A stretch of 64,000 nucleotides of DNA, taken from the NCBI GenBank assembly GCA_964016885.1, contig OZ024743.1, positions 346,146,001-346,210,000 on the forward strand, in the 5' to 3' direction. Position numbers and translations under genes: made by a program. The stretch is from Eledone cirrhosa. Taxonomy: Eukaryota. Numbering within the stretch: position 1 is the stretch's first letter; every line of letters begins with the position of its first letter. The notes below the pieces were generated by a model, which saw only the letters and a list, made by a program, of their open reading frames with translations, did no database searches and had not been told where the DNA came from. Shown one piece after another: positions 45,021-58,508 of this stretch.

Positions 45021-46062
45021 ATATATTTATTGATAATAACAACAATTCAAAATTTCAGGTCCGTTTGGGAACAGAGTTCAAATTGACCAATGAAAATACA
45101 AAAAATGTTATGCAGTTAGATGTGTGTATATACATGTAATTAACTTCGTACACATATTTACATAAAGATATATGTTCACATGCATACGCATGCCAAAAAG
45201 ATGTATGTAAATACAAAAATTCAAGGCTAATGTCTCTGTAAGTTTATAATCCACAGATAAAATGCGTATAGACACATAAATATGAAATAATTGTATACAC
45301 ACATTCATATACTCACACATATTCGTATACTCAGAAACACACGCGCGTATATGCATAAACATACACATAACTACGAACATACATACACACACACACCCCC
45401 ACACACATATATATGTGCATATAGTATTATCATAAGCATATGGACATTAATGCACGCACATAAACACTACCACACCTATTTAGATCAGGATACAGAAATT
45501 AGGTGGGAGGGGGGGAGAGGTCAGTATTCAACGGTTTCGGCAGACTGCCTATTTATAAATGTATCTAAAAACTTAGAAATAATAAGAAAAGAAAAAGAAA
45601 AAAGAAAAAAGAAATATATCAAGAAAATATATATATATATATATATATATACATCCACACATACACACACACACACACACATATATACATATACATATAT
45701 ATATACACATATATACACACATACATATATATATACACATATATATACACATATATACACACACATATATACACACACATATATATATACACATATACAT
45801 ACACACACATATATATATACAAACAAGTAAAATATAAAGTATACATCGATATACATACATATAGACATATAAATAAATACACACGCATACACACACATAC
45901 ATATACATACATATACATACACATATATATAAACACATACATACACATACATATACATACACATACCATATAAATACACATACACATACACACACGCATA
46001 CATATAGAGACACATACATATACACATATAAATACATAGACACATACACACATAAACACACG

Positions 46063-46094
<32 letters not shown>

Positions 46095-46119
46095 CACACA
46101 TATACACATACACGCATAC

Positions 46120-46191
<72 letters not shown>

Positions 46192-46240
46192 TCACAACAC
46201 TCGTATATATATACACACTCATACATATACACACATATAC

Positions 46241-46304
<64 letters not shown>

Positions 46305-46430
46305 TCACATCTACATACATATATATATATATAAATACACTCATATATATACACACATACACATACATACCCACATATAAATATATATATATACATAAAT
46401 ATATATATACACACATACACACATACACAT

Positions 46431-46477
<47 letters not shown>

Positions 46478-46596
46478 CACATACATACACATATACACAC
46501 ATACATATATACTCACACACACACACCTACACATACATACACATACACATATATAAATATATATATACACACACACACACACACATATAATAAATA

Positions 46597-46627
<31 letters not shown>

Positions 46628-46629
<2 letters not shown>

Positions 46630-47236
46630 GGTGGCTGCCAACTCGTTTTCGAGTACGGCCACTACTTTATATCCATGTAGGAGAACCCCTACTGATGCGC
46701 TGAACGAGTGTGACTTTTTAGTCCAGCCAGCGACTTGAAAGCTCTGGTACAAACACTACACTTGTGACAATTATTGACACATAGTGCTGGGCCCATGGTA
46801 CCATGTGACGACAAATGCAGAGAGATCTCCAGATATAAAGCAATGCCTGTGCCGTGAAGCTTTTATAGTGAGCAAAGGCACTGCACAAAGCCAGTCCCAC
46901 TCTCTTAACCAAGATGATATTTACCAAAAAGAAGAACAAGTCAACATCATTGGATACCATCAGGGTTGCAGGTGTTATATCAGAGTTTTCCTTCTCCTAG
47001 AATTCTGCCTTGACAAAGGCTAAGGGGTCATCTCTCCCGGTGATTTTGGATGGCCATTGACTCTTAAGAGCTCCTTTGCCTTTTGACAGGTTTTGTTTTT
47101 AGTCCTGCAGGATGTCCAAAGTCACCCTCCTCACCAAGAAACCTTGGTGGGGTTGCCAGTTTAGTCGCCAACGACCCGACCATGGGACAGGTTGTACTGG
47201 AATACATGTTACCAGTAGCACCAACTGGTGACCTGA
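46628..47236 (-). mobile_element. ~610-bp bipartite non-autonomous RTE-derived element inserted in the PLE inverted arm
   Basis: Absent from the mirror arm (~56010-56095). Contains the RTE 5'-UTR-like CTAGGAGAAGGAAAACTCTG and a 3' remnant encoding [22 protein letters not shown] (C2H2-like RTE ORF end). Confidence 0.75.
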
Positions 47237-47450
47237 CATACATACACACACATACATACTCATACATAGACATAGATATATACTCACACACACATACGCA
47301 CTTACATATACGCATATATACAAATACATACACATCCATATATGCGTATATACATACAAACACCACTACACGCTCACACAACTCAGACATACAAAGAAAA
47401 AGGTATATACATACACATATATACACATATAAATAGAGATACATATACAC

Positions 47451-47481
<31 letters not shown>

Positions 47482-47562
47482 CACACACACACGTACACAC
47501 ATAAACACACATACAAACACATACATACACACATACATACATATATATACACACACACAAAG

Positions 47563-47627
<65 letters not shown>

Positions 47628-47994
47628 CATAGATATACACACACACATATATACACATGCACACACATACATACATACATACATACACATACACATACAT
47701 ATATATAAAAAAATAAATAAATAAGATAAATAAAAAATAAATAAATTAATACACACAGTCAGACAAATATGCACACACATACATATACATATATGTATAT
47801 ATATATATACACACACACACATACACACACACACATACATATATATACACACATACATACACACACACATATATATACATACATATACACACATCAACTA
47901 CAAATATATAATATATATATATATATATACACACACATATACATATTTTCACATATATATATATACATATATTATATTATAATAATAAATAATA

Positions 47995-48031
<37 letters not shown>

Positions 48032-48239
48032 TACATATATATACACACACACTCACATATATATCCGCACATACGTACACATATACACATACACACATAT
48101 ACACATAGACATATACATGTGCATACATGTACATACACACATATACCCACATAGATACAAAGATACACATATATATAGAGAGACATACATATACACACAC
48201 ATATATACACACACATACATACACACATATATATATACA

Positions 48240-48270
<31 letters not shown>

Positions 48271-49474
48271 AATCATACACCCTTATTTGCATGCGCATAT
48301 ATGTATTTTTATACTTACATATAAACACCCAAACATATATACACCTACCTACATATACATACATACATACACGCTTACAAATACAAATAATAATAGTAGG
48401 GGGGAAGGGGGGGGGGGGGGGGGAGAAGGGGATTATAGTAAATATATGTTTCAAGAAACATAGAATATTAATCTGTATTTGGATCACAATATGTGTTTAC
48501 ATAGTTTCAGTATTAGGAAATGCAAGAAAGAAGGCAAAATTATGCATTTCAATATAAGTATACCATTAATTATAGGTTAACTAAACTAAAGATAGTTAAT
48601 ATATTGATTTCTAAGGTGTAAATTACTTAGGTTTATAATATTTGAAGCAGAATTTTGAAGTTAAATAGTAGTAGAGTATTAATTATAGTATAACTAAATT
48701 AAAATTATTAACGTTATGGTATCAATATTAGGAAATGAATTTAGTAATAGGGAAAAAACAAATAAAGTATTACATCGGTAGTAGAATATAAATTATAGGT
48801 AAACTAAATTAAAAATTATATATTAATTTCTATAGTATATGTTAATTAGGTATATAATAAATAAAACAGATATTGTAGTTTATCAATAGTAGAATATAAT
48901 TATATGTAAACAGAAATTAAAATTAATACATACACATATACATATACATACATATATATATACACATATATATACATACATACACATACATATATATACA
49001 TACATATACATATTTTTTCAAAAATTGCAAAGAATATATTAACTAGGTATACATCCAAAACCCATCCCATTCTATGATTACATGACACTCTGCAATCCGT
49101 CTGTATTAGGATACTAATTTTAAGCCAATTAAATTAAATTTTTAGGTTGACCAAATTTAAAACCAAATTATAAATATATTTCTAAAATGTATATTAATTA
49201 GGTCTATAATACTAAAAATGATTTCTCTGTCATTGAATACACGATATTTTGTTATATTTTATCTGTAAAGGAATTTTAATAAAGGGTTAAATAAATTAAA
49301 ATTAATCTATAAATTAAATTACTAAGTATATATTAGTAATATTTAAAGGTTTTTCACAATTTATGATTACACAATATTTTATATTCTCATCTGTAGTAGA
49401 ATTTTAATTAAATTAAATTTATAGGTTAACTAACATTTAAATTAAATTATATATTAATTTCTAAAATAATGTTA

Positions 49475-50114
49475 TTAATTAGGTTTATAATATTTAAATG
49501 TTTTTTTTAGTTTATGATTACACGATATAATTAATTCCTGTCGTTTATTTAATAGGATATCCTTAGATTTCATTATTTCAAATAGTTCTTGGGAACATAA
49601 TCTACATTCATTTCTATTATTTTGATAAGGGGTGGCTCTTTTGAGCACACTCCAGGTCAAATCATATTCTATATTCTTATTTTTATAACTATTGATTTTT
49701 TCTGCTAGAGATGTTGTATTAGCCAGTGCGGCATTTTTAAAACTATGTTTGTGGGTATTAAACCTTGTCTTAAAATTGTTAGAAGTAGCTCCTATATATG
49801 AGCAAATAGAATCTTTAGTTTTAACATTACATTTATAAACTATGTTGTTAACAAGACAATTTCCTTTTAATGGGCAGTTTGCTTTGTTTCTACAGTTACA
49901 ACCTTTCGTTAATTCTGTATTTGAGGAGATATTATGGTTAGTTTGATGTATTGGTGGTATACTTACGGTTTTCTTACATTTATATGCATTATAGGCACTT
50001 ATATTTTGTTTTATGTTATTTGTTGTTGAGTATGAGAATTTAACTGTAGACCTATTTAAGATTTGATGGTATTTGTGGTTTGGCGGGAAGTTTTTCTCTA
50101 GGATATAAAAAAAT
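49475..50114 (-). pseudogene. 5'-truncated GIY-YIG endonuclease portion of the PLE ORF in the inverted arm
   Basis: The translation FFYILEKNFPP...YYKPN nearly matches the C-terminus of the intact ORF. The extra N-terminus in the ORF track (to 50350) is read-through across the inversion junction. Confidence 0.9.
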
Positions 50115-50193
50115 GTGTATATATATATGTATGTGTGTATATATGTGTATATATATATGTATATGTATATATGTGTGTGTGTGTGTATGTGTG

Positions 50194-50230
<37 letters not shown>

Positions 50231-50831
50231 TTGATATATTTCTTTTTTCTTTTTTCTTTTTCTTTTCTTTTTATTTCTAAGTTTATAGATACATTTATAA
50301 ATAGGCAGTCTGCCGAAACCGTTGAATACTGACCTCTCCCCCCCTCCCACCTAATTTCTGTATCCTGATCTAAATATGTGTGGCAGTGTTTATGTGCGTG
50401 CATTAATGTCCATATGCTTATGATAATACTATATGCACATATATATGTGTGTGGGGGTGTGTGTGTGTATGTATGTTCGTAGTTATGTGTATGTTTATGC
50501 ATATACGCGCGTGTGTGTGTGAGTATACGAATATGTGTGAGTATATGAATGTGTGTATACATTTATTTCATATTTATGTGTCTATACGCATTTTATCTGT
50601 GGATTATAAACTTACAGAGACATTAGCCTTGAATTTTTGTATTTACATACATCTTTTTGGCATGCGTATGCATGTGAACATATATCTTTATGTAAATATG
50701 TGTACGAAGTTAATTACATGTATATACACACACCTAACTGCATAAAATTTTTTGTATTTTCATTGGTCAATTTGAACTCTGTTCCCAAACGGACCTGAAA
50801 TTTTGAATTGTTGTTATTATCATAAATATAT

Positions 50832-50986
50832 TTCATTATTTCTGAAGACGGCATATATATGTGTTTGGTATGTATATTTAATTTTGATAGTTTGTATAAT
50901 TTTGTATAATTTTGTACATAGATCTGTTGAATATGCATGCCAATTCTAACACATATATATCCTAGAAACGATCGTTAAATAATGAA
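50832..50986 (+). ncRNA. Type I hammerhead ribozyme with 116-nt extended stem II (5' pLTR)
   Basis: Stem I TTCATTATTT/AAATAATGAA, CTGAAGA at 50842, GAAA at 50965, short stem III C-GATC-G (palindromic ACGATCGT), predicted cleavage after GTT at 50976. Confidence 0.85.
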
Positions 50987-51337
50987 CTTTTTTTGTTTAA
51001 TATAAGGAACTGTTTCATTGTTTTATTCATTATTTTTTTAATATTTTATCTTGACTCTGTATTCCGTTTATCTTTCACCGAAAGTGATTTTTCATTGCAT
51101 CTCTTCTTTCCATGATATCCGGATTACATTGAGTTCTTCATACGGATTGGACACTACCGTAAACTCTTGGTAGATTTATCTACATAATTTTGCTCCTATT
51201 TTCACGGAAATATTCGTATTTTTGTACTGTATGTGTGTATTAATTTTTATATTTATGTATATACATATATATGTATGATTTTGTAAACCCATATACATTT
51301 AGTTGAGCTCTTTCAATTGTCCATCATCCATATCACA

Positions 51338-53779
51338 ATGGAAAAACAATGTTTGGGAACCTCTTTAAAGAACATACCAATACCTTCTAAGGATGACTTC
51401 TTACTCCTTATGATTCAAAAAACTAACAATTTTATCAGAAGGGTTAGATGGAGGGCCTACCACTTCGATAAAAAATCTAAATATGCAGATGGGAAATATA
51501 TGTATGATTTCAATACTTACAAGAATCCACCACACAACTCTTTACTTGAAGACTTTGAGAAAGACCTTTTTAATTTAATTAAACACCTCAAATTTAAAAA
51601 GTACAAATCCGTCTTTCAAAAGGACCTTGATTCTACCCTATTGGACCTAAAAAAGTCTAAAAAAATCCATGTCCACTCGGACAAAACTGGTAACTTGTAT
51701 CACAGGGATATTGAAGATTATAATGAGTTCATATATAAAGAACTCAGGAAAAATTATAAAAAATCTAATAATGCGTCACTCACCAACATCAACAACAAAA
51801 CACACAACATAGTAAAAAAACTAAACATTGAAGATAGAACTGAACCTTTGGCATTGAAAAGACCACACTTCAACCTGAAGGATCATAAATCAAACTTTAA
51901 CTCAAATCCTTCTATAAGACTTATATGTCCCTCCAAATCAGATATTGGAATAATTAGCAAAAAAATTTTGGATAGAGTCATCCCACAAATAAGAAAACAC
52001 GTTATTTTACCACTCTGGGAAAACACTTCCCAGGTAATTAACTGGTTTAAAAATATTAGATGTAAATCTTCTGCTTCATTTCTACAATTTGATATAGATA
52101 ATTACTATTCTTCTATATCACCTATACTCCTGAACAAAGCATTGATATTTGCTAAAAATAGATCTAACTTAACTTTGGATGACATTAATATTATTACACA
52201 TGCTAGACTAACACTTATTGAATTTCAGAATGAATACTGGACCAGAAACACATATAGTAATCTATTTGATATTACTATGGGTTCAAGCGATTCCGCCCAA
52301 ATTACTGATCTTGTGGGCCTCTTTCTCCTTTTCAACATAAATGCCTCCTTTCCCCACCTTAAAGGTGGTTTATATCGTGATGACTGTCTTCTTCTTTCCA
52401 ACAACCTTAGCCTTTCAGAAATAGAAAAAAACAAAAAGCATATTAGAACTTTCCTTAAAGACTATTATAGTCTTCATATTACTTTTGAAAAAACAAGTAA
52501 AGTAGTAAATTTCCTAGATATAACTTTAGACTTAGCTACGGGTATCTACCAACCTTACCATAAACCCAACCAAAACTTACATTACATACACTCACAATCT
52601 AATCACCCTAAATCTATCCTTAAAAACCTTGCATATAATATATCACTTAGAATTTCTAACCTTTCTTCTAACCAAGATGTATTTGATAAAAATGCGACCT
52701 TCTATAACGAAGTTCTAGATAGAAGTGGCCACAAAAATAGATTAGAATATATACCTTCTACTAAAAATACTAAAAACATACAACCTAATATTACCAACAA
52801 ACACCAAATGAAAAGTACACACCTAAATGCCACCCACACTATACCCCAAAATACCAAATCTTATAATATAAAATATAGTAACTCTCAAAAAACTACTCAT
52901 CATACAACTCTAATAAATGTTAATAATAAAACTCCTAATAAAAAAGATAAAACACCTAAATCTACAAATATAACTAAAAATGGTTGTGGTGAGATCATTA
53001 ACATTAATCCTCCTAGTAAACATCACGATACAACCTATAAAAATAATAAAAATAATAAACAACATAGAAACCGTAATAGACGGGTTACTTGGTATAATGC
53101 TCCATTTAATTTACAAATTAAGGATAATATTGCTAAAAAATTTTTTTATATCCTAGAGAAAAACTTCCCGCCAAACCACAAATACCATCAAATCTTAAAT
53201 AGGTCTACAGTTAAATTCTCATACTCAACAACAAATAACATAAAACAAAATATAAGTGCCTATAATGCATATAAATGTAAGAAAACCATAAGTATACCAC
53301 CAATACATCAAACTAACCATAATATCTCCTCAAATACAGAATTAACGAAAGGTTGTAACTGTAGAAACAAAGCAAACTGCCCATTACAAGGAAATTGTCT
53401 TGTTAACAACATAGTTTATAAATGTAATGTTAAAACTAAAGATTCTATTTGCTCATATATAGGAGCTACTTCTAACAATGTTAAGACAAGGTTTAATACC
53501 CACAAACATAGTTTTAAAAATGCCGCACTGGCTAATACAACATCTCTAGCAGAAAAAATCAATAGTTATAAAAATAAGAATATAGAATATGATTTGACCT
53601 GGAGTGTGCTCAAAAGAGCCACCCCTTATCAAAATAATAGAAATGAATGTAGATTATGTTCCCAAGAACTATTTGAAATAATGAAATCTAAGGATATCCT
53701 ATTAAATAAACGACAGGAATTAATTATATCGTGTAATCATAAACTAAAAAAAACATTTAAATATTATAAACCTAATTAA
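51338..53779 (+). CDS. Intact PLE polyprotein: reverse transcriptase + C-terminal GIY-YIG endonuclease (813 aa from the first ATG)
   Basis: Uninterrupted ORF with N-terminal SLKNIPIPS...FIRRVRWRA. RT motifs FDIDNYYSSI, FDITMGSSDSAQITDLVG, GGLYRDD and VNFLDITLDL. Also CNCR...CPL...CL, IVY...YIG nuclease motif, CRLC and LLNKRQE..CNH. The pattern resembles the Naiad clade. The ORF track starts at a TTG (51317); the first ATG is at 51338. Confidence 0.93.
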   Translation: MEKQCLGTSLKNIPIPSKDDFLLLMIQKTNNFIRRVRWRAYHFDKKSKYADGKYMYDFNTYKNPPHNSLLEDFEKDLFNLIKHLKFKKYKSVFQKDLDSTLLDLKKSKKIHVHSDKTGNLYHRDIEDYNEFIYKELRKNYKKSNNASLTNINNKTHNIVKKLNIEDRTEPLALKRPHFNLKDHKSNFNSNPSIRLICPSKSDIGIISKKILDRVIPQIRKHVILPLWENTSQVINWFKNIRCKSSASFLQFDIDNYYSSISPILLNKALIFAKNRSNLTLDDINIITHARLTLIEFQNEYWTRNTYSNLFDITMGSSDSAQITDLVGLFLLFNINASFPHLKGGLYRDDCLLLSNNLSLSEIEKNKKHIRTFLKDYYSLHITFEKTSKVVNFLDITLDLATGIYQPYHKPNQNLHYIHSQSNHPKSILKNLAYNISLRISNLSSNQDVFDKNATFYNEVLDRSGHKNRLEYIPSTKNTKNIQPNITNKHQMKSTHLNATHTIPQNTKSYNIKYSNSQKTTHHTTLINVNNKTPNKKDKTPKSTNITKNGCGEIININPPSKHHDTTYKNNKNNKQHRNRNRRVTWYNAPFNLQIKDNIAKKFFYILEKNFPPNHKYHQILNRSTVKFSYSTTNNIKQNISAYNAYKCKKTISIPPIHQTNHNISSNTELTKGCNCRNKANCPLQGNCLVNNIVYKCNVKTKDSICSYIGATSNNVKTRFNTHKHSFKNAALANTTSLAEKINSYKNKNIEYDLTWSVLKRATPYQNNRNECRLCSQELFEIMKSKDILLNKRQELIISCNHKLKKTFKYYKPN

Positions 53780-54979
53780 TAACATTATTTTAGAAATTAA
53801 TATATAATTTAATTTAAATGTTAGTTAACCTATAAATTTAATTTAATTAAAATTCTACTACAGATGAGAATATAAAATATTGTGTAATCATAAATTGTGA
53901 AAAACCTTTAAATATTACTAATATATACTTAGTAATTTAATTTATAGATTAATTTTAATTTATTTAACCCTTTATTAAAATTCCTTTACAGATAAAATAT
54001 AACAAAATATCGTGTATTCAATGACAGAGAAATAATTTTTAGTATTATAGACCTAATTAATATACATTTTAGAAATATATTTATAATTTGGTTTTAAATT
54101 TGGTCAACCTAAAAATTTAATTTAATTGGCTTAAAATTAGTATCCTAATACAGACGGATTGCAGAGTGTCATGTAATCATAGAATGGGATGGGTTTTGGA
54201 TGTATACCTAGTTAATATATTCTTTGCAATTTTTGAAAAAATATGTATATGTATGTATATATATGTATGTGTATGTATGTATATATATATGTGTATATAT
54301 ATATGTATGTATATGTATATGTGTATGTATTAATTTTAATTTCTGTTTACATATAATTATATTCTACTATTGATAAAATACAATATCTGTTTTATTTATT
54401 ATATACCTAATTAACATATACTATAGAAATTAATATATAATTTTTAATTTAGTTTACCTATAATTTATATTCTACTACCGATGTAATACTTTATTTGTTT
54501 TTTCCCTATTACTAAATTCATTTCCTAATATTGATACCATAACGTTAATAATTTTAATTTAGTTATACTATAATTAATACTCTACTACTATTTAACTTCA
54601 AAATTCTGCTTCAAATATTATAAACCTAAGTAATTTACACCTTAGAAATCAATATATTAACTATCTTTAGTTTAGTTAACCTATAATTAATGGTATACTT
54701 ATATTGAAATGCATAATTTTGCCTTCTTTCTTGCATTTCCTAATACTGAAACTATGTAAACACATATTGTGATCCAAATACAGATTAATATTCTATGTTT
54801 CTTGAAACATATATTTACTATAATCCCCTTCTCCCCCCCCCCCCTCCCCCCCTACTATTATTATTTGTATTTGTAAGCGTGTATGTATGTATGTATATGT
54901 AGGTAGGTGTATATATGTTTGGGTGTTTATATGTAAGTATAAAAATACATATATGCGCATGCAAATAAGGGTGTATGAT

Positions 54980-55038
<59 letters not shown>

Positions 55039-55251
55039 GTGTATGTATATATATATGTGTGTATGTATGTGTGTGTATATATGTGTGTGTATATGTATGT
55101 CTCTCTATATATATGTGTATCTTTGTATCTATGTGGGTATATGTGTGTATGTACATGTATGCACATGTATATGTCTATGTGTATATGTGTGTATGTGTAT
55201 ATGTGTACGTATGTGCGGATATATATGTGAGTGTATGTGTATATATATGTA

Positions 55252-55290
<39 letters not shown>

Positions 55291-55437
55291 TATTATTTAT
55301 TATTATAATATAATATATGTATATATATATATGTGAAAATATGTATATGTGTGTGTATATATATATATATATATTATATATTTGTAGTTGTTGTGTGTAT
55401 ATGTATGTATATATATGTGTGTGTGTATGTATGTGTG

Positions 55438-55471
<34 letters not shown>

Positions 55472-55643
55472 TATACATATATGTATATGTATGTGTGTGC
55501 ATATTTGTCTGACTGTGTGTATTAATTTATTTATTTTTTATTTATCTTATTTATTTATTTTTTTATATATATGTATGTGTATGTGTATGTATGTATGTAT
55601 GTATGTGTGTGCATGTGTATATATGTGTGTGTGTATATGTATG

Positions 55644-55684
<41 letters not shown>

Positions 55685-56056
55685 CTTTGTGTGTGTGTAT
55701 ATATATGTATGTATGTGTGTATGTATGTGTTTGTATGTGTGTTTATGTGTGTACGTGTGTGTGTGTATATATATATATGTATATATATATATATGTGTGT
55801 ATATGTATCTCTATTTATATGTGTATATATGTGTATGTATATACCTTTTTCTTTGTATGTCTGAGTTGTGTGAGCGTGTAGTGGTGTTTGTATGTATATA
55901 CGCATATATGGATGTGTATGTATTTGTATATATGCGTATATGTAAGTGCGTATGTGTGTGTGAGTATATATCTATGTCTATGTATGAGTATGTATGTGTG
56001 TGTATGTATGCGTGTGTGTATGTATGTATGTGTGTATGTGTGTATGTATATGTGTG

Positions 56057-56087
<31 letters not shown>

Positions 56088-56241
56088 GTATATATGTATG
56101 TATATATATATATATGTATATATATTTATTATATGTGTGTGTGTGTGTGTGTATATATATCTTTATATATGTGTATGTGTATGTATGTGTAGGTGTGTGT
56201 GTGTGAGTATATATGTATGTGTGTATATGTGTATGTATGTG

Positions 56242-56286
<45 letters not shown>

Positions 56287-56410
56287 ATGTGTATGTGTGT
56301 ATGTGTGTATATATATATTTATGTATATATATATATTTATATGTGGGTATGTATGTGTATGTGTGTATATATATGAGTGTATTTATATATATATATGTAT
56401 GTAGATGTGA

Positions 56411-56482
<72 letters not shown>

Positions 56483-56531
56483 GTATATGTGTGTATATGT
56501 ATGAGTGTGTATATATATACGAGTGTTGTGA

Positions 56532-56621
<90 letters not shown>

Positions 56622-56646
56622 GTATGCGTGTATGTGTATATGTGTG

Positions 56647-56681
<35 letters not shown>

Positions 56682-57723
56682 GTGTGTTTATGTGTGTATG
56701 TGTCTATGTATTTATATGTGTATATGTATGTGTCTCTATATGTATGCGTGTGTGTATGTGTATGTGTATTTATATGGTATGTGTATGTATATGTATGTGT
56801 ATGTATGTGTTTATATATATGTGTATGTATATGTATGTATATGTATGTGTGTGTATGCGTGTGTATTTATTTATATGTCTATATGTATGTATATCGATGT
56901 ATACTTTATATTTTACTTGTTTGTATATATATATATGTGTGTGTATGTATATGTGTATATATATATGTGTGTGTATATATGTGCGTGTATATATGTGTAT
57001 ATATATGTGTATATATATATGTATGTGTGTATATATGTGTATATATATATGTATATGTATATATGTGTCTGTGTGTGTGTGTATGTGTGGATGTATATAT
57101 ATATATATATATATATATTCTTGATATATTTCTTTTTTCTTTTTTCTTTTTCTTTTCTTTTTATTTCTAAGTTTATAGATACATTTATAAATAGGCAGTC
57201 TGCCGAAACCGTTGAATACTGACCTCTCTCCCCCCCTCCCACCTAATTTCTGTATCCTGATCTAAATATGTGTGGCAGTGTTTATGTGCGTGCATTAATG
57301 TCCATATGCTTATGATAATACTATATGCACATATATATGTGTGTGGGGATGTGTGTGTGTATGTATGTTCGTAGTTATGTGTATGTTTATGCATATACGC
57401 GCGTGTGTGTGTGAGTATACGAATATGTGTGAGTATATGAATGTGTGTATACATTTATTTCATATTTATGTGTCTATACGCATTTTATCTGTGGATTATA
57501 AACTTACAGAGACATTAGCCTTGAATTTTTGTATTTACATACATCTTTTTGGCATGCGTATGCATGTGAACATATATCTTTATGTAAATATGTGTACGAA
57601 GTTAATTACATGTATATACACACACCTAACTGCATAAAATTTTTTGTATTTTCATTGGTCAATTTGAACTCTGTTCCCAAACGGACCTGAAATTTTGAAT
57701 TGTTGTTATTATCATATATATAT

Positions 57724-57878
57724 TTCATTATTTCTGAAGACGGCATATATATGTGTTTGGTATGTATATTTAATTTTGATAGTTTGTATAATTTTGTATA
57801 ATTTTGTACATAGATCTGTTGAATATGCATGCCAATTCTAACACATATATATCCTAGAAACGATCGTTAAATAATGAA
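57724..57878 (+). ncRNA. Hammerhead ribozyme (3' pLTR copy)
   Basis: Same sequence as 50832-50986; predicted cleavage after 57868. Confidence 0.85.
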
Positions 57879-57972
57879 CTTTTTTTGTTTAATATAAGGA
57901 ACTGTTTCATTGTTTTATTCATTATTTTTTTAATATTTTATATATATATATATATATATGTGCCTATATATG

Positions 57973-58051
<79 letters not shown>

Positions 58052-58054
58052 TAT

Positions 58055-58162
<108 letters not shown>

Positions 58163-58177
58163 ACGTATATATATGTA

Positions 58178-58224
<47 letters not shown>

Positions 58225-58320
58225 TGTTAAAGAATCTTGCTAAACAAATTCAGAAACGAAATATATATATATATATATATGTACGCATATATATATATTT
58301 ATATATATGTATATGTGTGA

Positions 58321-58359
<39 letters not shown>

Positions 58360-58402
58360 TATATATATATAAATATATATATATATACGTACATATATAT
58401 GT

Positions 58403-58508
<106 letters not shown>

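Larger units (their letters stand above)
44666..57941. mobile_element. Penelope-like (Naiad-like) retroelement: inverted 3' copy (44666-50114, minus) joined to 5' pseudo-LTR + ORF + long 3' UTR/pLTR (50115-57941, plus)
   Basis: 44803-50114 is the reverse complement of 53140-57941 apart from an insertion at 46628-47236. 50115-51049 directly repeats ~57007-57941. Both ends abut (TA)n. Confidence 0.93.

Noticed and set aside
49475-50350. 291-aa ORF as a novel fusion nuclease
   Set aside because: The N-terminus is antisense pLTR microsatellite fused at the inversion junction, with a non-ATG start.
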